A DNA stretch of 37,584 bases from Myxococcota bacterium (GTDB taxonomy: Bacteria > Myxococcota > JACRCW01): positions 8,104 through 45,687 of the forward strand of contig JBFMGU010000061.1 of the NCBI GenBank assembly GCA_040752415.1, given 5' to 3'. The notes beneath the pieces were generated by a model. The model was given only the letters and a program-made list of their open reading frames with translations. It was not told the origin of the DNA and searched no databases. A program made the position numbers and the translations under genes. This document shows, piece by piece, positions 27,801 through 35,040 of this stretch. Position 1 is the first letter of the stretch. Each line of letters begins with the position of its first letter.

Positions 27801-30800
27801 CGTGCCATCCACGTCGGAAGCCGCGGCGTTCAACGTGACCACGCTGCCGGACGGAACCACCTGGTCCAGGCCGGCCGCCACCGTCGGGGGACGGTTGGTG
27901 TTGGGGTCGGGATAGACGTTGATGACCACGGTATCCACGCTGGTGCCGCCCTCATTGTCGGTGACCAGCAGGCGGAAGGTCAGCACGGTGAAGGCGGGCG
28001 GCGCGGTGAAGGTGGGGCTGAGCTCCGTCGAGCTGGAGAGCGTGACGGCGGTGCCGCCGGTCTGCGTCCACTGCGTGCTCACCACCGTTCCGTCCGCGTC
28101 GGAGGCGGTGCCACTCAACGTCACCAGCGCGTTCTCGAGGACGTCCTGGTCCGGGCCGGCACTTGCGGTGGGGGGCGCGTTCACCGCCGTCACACGCACC
28201 ACGGTGAAGTCGGTGGTGGTGGTTCCCTCGTCGTCGGTGGCGGCCAGCGCGAAGATCAGCGTCAGCTCCTGCGTGGTGGTGGGCGTGGTGAACGTGGGAG
28301 TGAGGGAGGACGGGTCATCCAGCGTCACCGGCGTTCCCTGCAGCTGCGACCACGTGTGCGACGCGATGGTCCCGTCGGGGTCGGAGGCCGTGCCGGTCAG
28401 CGTGACGACGACATCCTCGGGCACCACCTGGTCACCGCCCGCGCTCACCACCGGCGGCGCGTTGTCGGGCTGCACGCGGATGACCACCACGTCGGAGGTG
28501 CTCGCGCCCTCCTGGTCATAGGCAGTCAACACGAACACCAGCGCCACCAGCACCGACGTCTCCGGCGCCACGAACTGTGGGAACAGCGAGGTGGGGTCGC
28601 TGAGCTGCGCGTCGGGACCGTCCAGCTGGGTCCACTGGGTGGCGAACACCGAGCCGTCGACGTCACTGGCGGTGCCCGAGAGCTGGACCAGGTCACCCTC
28701 GGTCACCGTCTGGTCCGGGCCCGCGCTCACCGTGGGGAGCATGTTGAGCGGGTCCACCCGGATGGACACCGCGTTGGCGGCGGAGCTGTTCTCGTTGTCG
28801 GTGACGGTGAGCGTGAAGACCAGCACCGTGGGGGAGGTCACGGCAGGCGCGGTGAACGACGTCGAGAGCAGGGTGGGGTCACTGAGCACGACGACGGGGC
28901 CCTGCACCTGCGTCCACCGCACCGACGCCACGGTGCCGTCCACGTCAGACGCGGTGCCGCTCAGCAGCACGGAGTCGCCCTCCTGCACGAACTGATCGAC
29001 GCCGGCGTTGGCGGCGGGCGGGGAGTTGACCGGCGCGATGCGGATGGCGACCAGGTCCGTGGTGGAGGCGCCTTCCTCGTCGGTGCCCGTGAGGATGAAG
29101 GCCAGCGTGGTGAGCTCGGTGACAAGCGGGGCCGTGAACTGCGTGACCAGCGCGTTGGGATCCGACAACGTGACCTGCGGCCCCTGCACCTGGTTCCACG
29201 TCGTGGAAGCAACCTGGCCGTCGGGGTCGGTGGCCGTGCCGGCGAGGTACACCGGGTCACCCTCGTCGACCTGCTGGTCGTTACCGGCGTTCACCACCGG
29301 GGAAGCGTTGATGGGGCTGACCTGCACCGTCATGGTGTCCATGCCCTGCGCGCCCTCGTTGTCCGTGGCCGTGAGCACGAACACCAGCGTGACGACGACG
29401 GAGGTGGCCGGTGCGGTGAAGCTGGGTTGCAGGACCGTCTCGTCACTGAGCGTCACCGGCGGGCCCGCGGTCTGGGTCCACAACACCGAGGCCAGGGTAC
29501 CGTCGAGGTCATCCGCGCCTCCGGCCAGCGTCACCACCTCACCTTCGCGCGCCACCTGGTCCAGGCCGGCGTCGGCGGTGGGGAGCAGGTTGTCCGGCGC
29601 CACGCGGATGACGACGAGATCGGAGGCGCGCGCACCTTCGTTGTCGACCACCTCGAGCAAGAGGACGACGGAGGCGGGTTGGGCGGTGGCCGGCGCGGTG
29701 AAGACCGCGGAGAGGCTGGTGGGATCGTCGAGGGTGATGATGGGCCCGTCCACCTGCGTCCAGAGCACGCTCGCAATGGTGCCGTCGGGATCCGTGGCGC
29801 TGCCGGCCAGGCTCACCGTGTCACCCTCGACGACGTCCCGGGTCACCCCGGCGTCGACGGTGGGCGAGAGGTTCAGCGGGCTCACTTCCACGAGCACGAG
29901 GTCCGAGCGCTGCAGCCCGTCGTTGTCCGTGACGGTCAGCGTGAAGGCCAGCGTGACAGGCGCGATGGTGGCCGGCGCGGTGAACGAGGTGGTGAGCGAT
30001 GTGGTGCCGCTGAGGACCACCGCCGGCCCGCCGGTCTGCTCCCACTGCGTGGCGACGATGGTGCCGTCGACGTCCGACGCGGTTCCCGTGAGCTGCACCG
30101 CCTCTCCCTCCGTCACCTCCTGGTCCGCGCCGGCGTCCACCGTGGGAGCGCCGTAGAGTGGATTCACGACGACGGTGACGCTGTCCGAGGTGGACGCGCC
30201 CTCGTTGTCGGTGGCCGTGAGGACGAAGATGATGGAGACGGTGGTGGAGCTGCCCGGCGAAGTGAAGCTGGGGTTCAGCACGAACGGGTTGTCCAGCGTG
30301 ACTTCAGGACCGCCCACCTGCGTCCATCGCGTCGTGGCCACGGTGCCGTCCGCGTCGGTGGCGTTGCCGCTGAGCTGCACGGCCACTCCTTCGTTGACCG
30401 TGCGGTCCACGCCGGCGTCGACGACGGGCGGAGCGTTGACGGGCAGCACGTGGACCAGGATCACGTCGGAGGCGGAGGCGCCTTCATCGTCGGTGACGGT
30501 CAAGGAGAAGATGAGGGTGGTGCTCGTCGCCACGAGCGGGGCGGTGAACGAGGTCACCAGCGACGTTGCGGAGCCCAACGTCACCGTGGGACCGCCCACC
30601 TGCGTCCAGACCGTGGAGGCAATCCCACTGTCGTCTCCCGCCCAACCCACGAGCTGGACGGAGGCGCCCTCATCCACCGTCTGATCACCGCCCGCGTCGA
30701 CGGAAGGCGCGTCGTTGAGCGGCTGCACGTGGATGAGCACCACGTCGGAGGCGCTGAGCCCTTCATTGTCCGTGGCGGTCAGGGAGAAGATGAGCGTCGT

Positions 30801-32258
30801 CGACGTGGTGGTGGGCGGCGCGAGGAAGGACGTGGCGGCCGCGGTGGGATCCGCCAGCGTCACCGTGGGACCACCCAGCTGGGTCCAAAACAACGAGGCC
30901 ACGGTGCCGTCGGCATCCGACGCGGTACCCGCGAGGGTCACCGTGAGCTCCTCCGCCAGCGTCTGGTCCGCCCCCGCGTCGACGACGGGAGCGGCATTGA
31001 CCGGCAGGACGTGCACCGTGACGACGTCCCGCGCCGAGGCGCCCTCGTTGTCGGTGACGGAGAGCGAGAAGAGCAGCGTGGTGCTGGTGGTGACGGCCGG
31101 CGCGGTGAACGTGGTGCCGAGCGTGGTGGGACTGTCCAACGTCACGCTGGGACCGCCGAGCTGCGTCCACTGTGTCCCGGTGATGGTGCCGTCGACGTCG
31201 CTGGCCTGGCCGGTGAGGGTCACCTGGGTACCTTCCCGCACGTCCTGGTCCGCGCCTGCTTCCACCGTGGGGGACGCGTTGGCGGGAAGCACCAGCACCA
31301 CCAGGCGCGCCGCGGCGGAGAGACCCTCGTTGTCCACCGCGACGAGCTCGAAGACGAGCGCTTCGGCGGTCTGCACGTCGGGGGCCACGAAGGTGGCGGT
31401 GCCGGTATCCGCTCCTTCGAGCGTGACGGGAGTGCCACCGAGCTGCGACCACTGCAGCGATGCGATGGTGCCGTCCTCGTCGGTGGCGCTGCCGCCGAGC
31501 ACCACCGTCGCGCCCTCGGTGACCGTCTGATCCGGCTCCACCACGACGACCGGCGCGATGTTCCCACCGGTCACCACGACGGAGACCGTGTCCCGCGCGC
31601 TGGCGCCGTCGGCGTCCGTGGCGGTCAGCTGGAAGACCAGCGTCTCCCGCGTGGTGACGGCGGGAGCCGTGAAGGCGGCCTGCAGCGTGTTCTCACCCGT
31701 CAGCGTCACCGCGGGGCCGGCGAGCTGCTGCCAGGTGACCGTGGGCGCGGTGCCGTCGGGGTCGGACGCGGTGCCGGTGAGGGTGACCGGCTCTCCCTCG
31801 GTGCGCTCCTGGTCCTCACCCGCGTCGACGAGCGGGAGGGCGTTGACCGGCCGGACCAGGACACTCGTCTCGTCGGAGACCTGCTCGCCCAGCGTGGTCC
31901 GTGCGGTGAGGCGGAACACCAACAGCGTGGGCTCCGTGACGGCGGGTGCGGTGAAGCCGGCGCTCAGTGTGGTGGCCCCGTCGAGAACCACCTCCGGACC
32001 GCGAACCTGCGTCCAGCTCAACGTCACCGACGCGGAACCCGTCACCGTTCCCACGAGGTCCACGTCCTCGCCTTCATCCACCTCCTGCGCCTCGCCCGCC
32101 TCCACCGTGGGCAGCGCGGGCACCACCGCCGCGTCGGGAGCGCCGGCGTTCTGGGCGGAGCCCGCGTCGTCGTCGGGACCGGTGGGAGCAGGACCCGTGC
32201 ACGCGCCGAGGAGGGAAAGACAGAGCCACCAACGAAACTGGAACCGGGACGTCGCCAT
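24900..32258 (-). CDS. Giant surface lipoprotein: 16 PKD-like repeats plus 4 beta-rich/DxDxDG repeat units (2,452 aa)
   Basis: Lipobox LLGAC. Sixteen ~94-aa units of type PxVDAGxDQxVxEG...WxQxxGP...FTAP...FxLTxTDxEG are followed by four ~226-aa units (W.YG....GP.......W.T...GNY...YL.LP..D...Y.DD + DPY..DTDGDG..DG.E...GTDP). Confidence 0.9.
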   Translation of the reverse strand: MATSRFQFRWWLCLSLLGACTGPAPTGPDDDAGSAQNAGAPDAAVVPALPTVEAGEAQEVDEGEDVDLVGTVTGSASVTLSWTQVRGPEVVLDGATTLSAGFTAPAVTEPTLLVFRLTARTTLGEQVSDETSVLVRPVNALPLVDAGEDQERTEGEPVTLTGTASDPDGTAPTVTWQQLAGPAVTLTGENTLQAAFTAPAVTTRETLVFQLTATDADGASARDTVSVVVTGGNIAPVVVVEPDQTVTEGATVVLGGSATDEDGTIASLQWSQLGGTPVTLEGADTGTATFVAPDVQTAEALVFELVAVDNEGLSAAARLVVLVLPANASPTVEAGADQDVREGTQVTLTGQASDVDGTITGTQWTQLGGPSVTLDSPTTLGTTFTAPAVTTSTTLLFSLSVTDNEGASARDVVTVHVLPVNAAPVVDAGADQTLAEELTVTLAGTASDADGTVASLFWTQLGGPTVTLADPTAAATSFLAPPTTTSTTLIFSLTATDNEGLSASDVVLIHVQPLNDAPSVDAGGDQTVDEGASVQLVGWAGDDSGIASTVWTQVGGPTVTLGSATSLVTSFTAPLVATSTTLIFSLTVTDDEGASASDVILVHVLPVNAPPVVDAGVDRTVNEGVAVQLSGNATDADGTVATTRWTQVGGPEVTLDNPFVLNPSFTSPGSSTTVSIIFVLTATDNEGASTSDSVTVVVNPLYGAPTVDAGADQEVTEGEAVQLTGTASDVDGTIVATQWEQTGGPAVVLSGTTSLTTSFTAPATIAPVTLAFTLTVTDNDGLQRSDLVLVEVSPLNLSPTVDAGVTRDVVEGDTVSLAGSATDPDGTIASVLWTQVDGPIITLDDPTSLSAVFTAPATAQPASVVLLLEVVDNEGARASDLVVIRVAPDNLLPTADAGLDQVAREGEVVTLAGGADDLDGTLASVLWTQTAGPPVTLSDETVLQPSFTAPATSVVVTLVFVLTATDNEGAQGMDTMTVQVSPINASPVVNAGNDQQVDEGDPVYLAGTATDPDGQVASTTWNQVQGPQVTLSDPNALVTQFTAPLVTELTTLAFILTGTDEEGASTTDLVAIRIAPVNSPPAANAGVDQFVQEGDSVLLSGTASDVDGTVASVRWTQVQGPVVVLSDPTLLSTSFTAPAVTSPTVLVFTLTVTDNENSSAANAVSIRVDPLNMLPTVSAGPDQTVTEGDLVQLSGTASDVDGSVFATQWTQLDGPDAQLSDPTSLFPQFVAPETSVLVALVFVLTAYDQEGASTSDVVVIRVQPDNAPPVVSAGGDQVVPEDVVVTLTGTASDPDGTIASHTWSQLQGTPVTLDDPSSLTPTFTTPTTTQELTLIFALAATDDEGTTTTDFTVVRVTAVNAPPTASAGPDQDVLENALVTLSGTASDADGTVVSTQWTQTGGTAVTLSSSTELSPTFTAPPAFTVLTFRLLVTDNEGGTSVDTVVINVYPDPNTNRPPTVAAGLDQVVPSGSVVTLNAAASDVDGTVTNTTWTQVSGPAVTLADPGALQTTFTAPVVACAANLVFRLTAVDDDGADASDTVAITISGQMGSTIPVGTNLDLESNNGGLVTEGTLWAYGIPTTGPTRGHVGTRVWATNLTGNYPDNAQEYLCLPPVDRSGASDVTVTFRLWSRTAGDDGLRLQALDPNTGWTTLTGVTPAYDGTASGALAWSNQGINTDYVLAGVRLPSWTGDLANLRLFFRSNNVFTGDGPMLDELRFDSEGSDPDVDGITGVLDEYETYGTDPYLADTDGDGALDGAEVAADTDPLDPADAPGVTPLLPGTYLDFETNNGGFASTEPLWAHGVVSSGPGVAYSGTRVWATNPAGNYGDNERAYLNLPPLDLRGATNPTLSFRLWMQASGDDGLNVQVYQEGSGWTLINPQTPAYEARDAFFEPAWSNVRYRNEYQLAALSLAAYANQVVRVRLSFRSNGAFVAPGAYVDDLALDDESADPDADGISGVLDEQQTWGTDPYLPDTDGDGTLDGAEIVAGTDPLDPADHPGAVMLLPGTYLDFESDDGGLSTDGPLWEYGVPASGPGYAYSGTRAWATELSGNYYDEAREYLYLPPLDLSAASDPTLSFRLWMQASGDDGLGVEVYDDNIGWTLLNAQSPVYEARDALFRPAWNNVRYLGEYKLAVVSLAAHAGQVTRVRLSFRSNGFFVSLGAYVDDLALEDESTDVDGDGIPGVRVEVLTYGTDPYRADTDGDGALDGAEVAAGTDPLNPAWFPGSPTWAPGNLEDLSVDDGGLATDGTLWEYDAVASGPNRAHTGSRAWATNTNGNYFDEAREYLYLPNVDLAGATDPSLVFRLWSTAVNGDGLSLEIDDPALGWTNVAPSLVAYDGTDTLGFPAWINQRVGATGYKLVGFSLQPWVGATVRLRLAFRSNGAFVSTGAYLDDFLLDEEAVDLDGDGLNGLVDEASTYGTDPQLADTDGDTFTDGVEVAGGFDPLDPLDHP

Positions 32259-32423
32259 GGGGCGCACCTATAGCGCGGTCCACGACGAGATGGGACGCGG
32301 AATCCGGGTGACGGTGGTCACGCGGCATCGCGCGCCACATGGTCACGTTCGCGTCCACGTGAAGAGACTGGAATTGACGGAGGGGCCCGGCAATACTGCG
32401 GCGCGTTGCCCGGAGCCCTGCGC

Positions 32424-33359
32424 ATGACGACTCCCGCCTCGGCACGTATCCACGACGACATCCACGGCCAACTCACGCACGGCATCCGGCTGAGACGCTT
32501 TGCCGGACCGGCCGCGTACGTGGGCGCCCTGGACCACATCCGCGTGGTGCACCTCACCGACCTCCACGTGGGGCGGGTCACCCCCCGCAAGGTCCACGTG
32601 GCGGCCATGGAGATGACCAACGCGCAGCGACCCGACCTGGTGGTCATCACCGGGGACTTCGTGTGCCATAGCCAGGCTTACCTGGATGAGCTGACGTCGT
32701 TGATGCGCATGATCCAGGCGCCGGTCTACGGCGTGCTGGGCAACCACGATCACTGGTCGGGAGCGCGGGAGGTGCGGCGCGCGTTGCGGAGGGGCGGCGT
32801 GCACATGCTGGACAACGTGCACACCACGGTGACCGTGCGCGGGCAGAAGCTGCAGCTGGTGGGCATTGACGACGCGTACACCGGTCACGCGCGCAAGGCG
32901 GAGGCCACCCGGGGCCTGGACCCGCGCGTCCCCACGCTGGGGCTGAGCCACATTGCGGAAGAAGCGGATGCCTTGTGGCAGCACGGCGTGTCCCTGGTGC
33001 TGTCCGGACACACGCACGCGGGGCAGGTGACCGTGGCCAAGCTGCACGAGTTCGCCATCGGGAAGCTGGCGGGCCACCGCTATGTGCACGGGCTCTACGG
33101 CTCACGCGCGACGGGGGCGGGTGCGGTGTACGTGGGCGCGGGCATTGGCGCCTCCGTGATTCCCTTCCGGATTGGGGAGCGGGGCAAGCGCGAGGTCACC
33201 GTGTTCGAGCTGGGGATGCGCCCCGGTGACATCCACGAGCATCACGCCGAGCAGGAACCGCTGCCGGGGCGTCGTCCGTCGGAGAAGGTCCAGGCGCGCC
33301 GGGCCGCGTTTGCCGCGCGACGCCGCGCCAAGCTGGACAAGCGGCTGCGCGCGCGTTGA
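32424..33359 (+). CDS. Calcineurin-like metallophosphoesterase (YkuE/YaeI-like)
   Basis: Motifs HLTDLH, TGDFV, LGNHD, LSH and SGHTHAGQ. Confidence 0.9.
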   Translation: MTTPASARIHDDIHGQLTHGIRLRRFAGPAAYVGALDHIRVVHLTDLHVGRVTPRKVHVAAMEMTNAQRPDLVVITGDFVCHSQAYLDELTSLMRMIQAPVYGVLGNHDHWSGAREVRRALRRGGVHMLDNVHTTVTVRGQKLQLVGIDDAYTGHARKAEATRGLDPRVPTLGLSHIAEEADALWQHGVSLVLSGHTHAGQVTVAKLHEFAIGKLAGHRYVHGLYGSRATGAGAVYVGAGIGASVIPFRIGERGKREVTVFELGMRPGDIHEHHAEQEPLPGRRPSEKVQARRAAFAARRRAKLDKRLRAR

Positions 33360-33381
33360 CCGCGGACTGCGAAACCATCCG

Positions 33382-34482
33382 CTATTTGAGCAGCAGCATG
33401 GTGGCCGTCTGGTTCACGTGGCCGATGTATTCCTCGCCGTAGGTGCTGAACCCGACGGTGGGAACATCCGCGAACAGGCGCGCGTAGGCTTCGGTCTGCT
33501 TGTTCTTCTCCAGCTCCAGCGTGCGCAGGATGCAGTTGAAGTTGATGATGCCCCGAACCGGTCCTGCCTGCCGCTTCCGTTCCTCCAGCGCACGCGCCGT
33601 GTCCGCCACGATGTCGCCCGCCTCCAGCACCGAGAGCTCCATGCCCTGCAGCACCTGGCAGTAGAACTTCACGCCGCCATCCTGCACCCGTTGCGGGCTG
33701 CGCACGTAGGGCTCGTGGTGCACCATGAGGCCCACCGGGTGGCGCATGAAGAGGTTGGGCAGCTGCTCCACCGTGACGCCCAGCGCGTCCGCATAGGCCC
33801 TGGCCGCGGGCTGGCCGTTGAACTCCAGCACCAGGCGCTCCGCCTCCCGGACGGCGGTGGCGGTGAGCTTGTGGTGCAGCGCGCGGAAGCTCTGGGTCTT
33901 GAGCACGCTGAATCCACCTCTGGGCTTCAGCAGCGCCAGGACCGCGGCGTTGGTGAAGGCGTGCCCCTGCGCGTGGACGTGCGTGCGCTGGAAGGCCAGG
34001 TCATCTCCCGCGGAGCCACCCACGAACATCACGTCGGTGCGTGCGCCCAGCCGCTCCATCAGGCGCTCCTCCGCGCCGCTGAGCCCGTCCACCAGCACCA
34101 GGCCCACGTAGCGGTCCACCGGCAGCTCGGTGAGCGGTCGACCCGCGTGGTCCGCGAGGCCCTGCAGCGCCGCGTCGAGGCTGGCGTCGTCGGAGAGGTT
34201 GCGCACCACCTGGATGCAGACGTCTTCCAGGATGTCCGCGTCCAGCGCCATGGCCACCACCGAATTCTTCAGCACCTGCCCGGTGACGATCTCGCCGGCG
34301 GTGGAGCAACCGAACAGCTGCGCGCGCGGGAAGGACTCCCGCATGGCGGCGGCGAGTGCTTCCTGGTCATAGGTCGACGAGCCGAAGTACAGGACGCAGG
34401 TCACGTCCCCGCCCAACGCCTCCCGCAGGGCGCGCGCGGCCGCGTGGGGGTTCTGCTCACGGGAAGTTGCGGTCTTCATCAT
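33382..34482 (-). CDS. FIST N/C-domain sensor protein
   Basis: Motifs FGCSTAGEI, DGLSGAEE, FVGGSAGDD, FNCILR and GFSTYGE..IGHVNQT. GGAGG spacing favours ATG 34482 (alternatives 34488, 34479). Confidence 0.9.
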   Translation of the reverse strand: MMKTATSREQNPHAAARALREALGGDVTCVLYFGSSTYDQEALAAAMRESFPRAQLFGCSTAGEIVTGQVLKNSVVAMALDADILEDVCIQVVRNLSDDASLDAALQGLADHAGRPLTELPVDRYVGLVLVDGLSGAEERLMERLGARTDVMFVGGSAGDDLAFQRTHVHAQGHAFTNAAVLALLKPRGGFSVLKTQSFRALHHKLTATAVREAERLVLEFNGQPAARAYADALGVTVEQLPNLFMRHPVGLMVHHEPYVRSPQRVQDGGVKFYCQVLQGMELSVLEAGDIVADTARALEERKRQAGPVRGIINFNCILRTLELEKNKQTEAYARLFADVPTVGFSTYGEEYIGHVNQTATMLLLK

Positions 34483-34514
34483 CACCATCCTCCACCGGCG
34501 CCAGGCACCGCGGC

Positions 34515-34715
34515 CTACAGGGGCACTCCCAGTTCCTGGGCAATGAGTCGAACCTTCTGTTCAATGTCGGGGTCGTCTGGTGACGTCGCGTTGAATCTCG
34601 CAGGGTCGACGCCACGGAGGATGAGCTTGACCTCGGTGGTGCTGCGAATCACCGGGTTGCCCCGGGAGCGTCGCTCCATGATCTCATCAATCAGCTTCTT
34701 GATTCGCCCGGCCAT
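34515..34715 (-). CDS. Small (66 aa) hypothetical protein directly upstream of the FIST gene
   Basis: MAGRIKKLIDEIMERRSRGNP...KLILRGVDP...DDP. It is co-oriented with FIST and ends about 30 nt before it. It resembles small proteins I recall preceding FIST genes; not verified. Confidence 0.75.
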   Translation of the reverse strand: MAGRIKKLIDEIMERRSRGNPVIRSTTEVKLILRGVDPARFNATSPDDPDIEQKVRLIAQELGVPL

Positions 34716-34799
34716 GGTTCCGCCCGCGAGTTGCTCGAGGCGGTGCCGTGCGCCCCGATGACCTGTTGCCCGACTGCTGCGCATTCCGGCGCAACAGCC

Positions 34800-34980
34800 G
34801 CTCAGCAATGCAATCACAACGCTTGCGGAATCACCCTGTCAATTTTCGTTTGGTGGTGAAATGACGTGGCGAAATGATTGCGCGAAAATGGCCCGCGAAT
34901 TTCAGGGCAGATCCACAATCCAGCGCAAAATTGACGCGACACTCGGGAAAACCATCACTCATTGATTGGTGGATGGTTTT
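34800..34980. promoter_or_regulatory. AT-enriched intergenic region with four 13-nt-spaced direct repeats
   Basis: GTGAAATGA (34856), GCGAAATGA (34869), GCGAAAATG (34882) and GCGAATTTC (34895) lie upstream of the small-protein/FIST operon. Confidence 0.45.
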
Positions 34981-35040
34981 GGGGCGGGGCCGGATCCGGC
35001 GGGTTGGTGGAGGGATGATCCACATCCACGCGCACCGCCG

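Noticed and set aside
25464..32273. 2269-aa plus-strand ORF
   Set aside because: Antisense shadow of the PKD-repeat lipoprotein.
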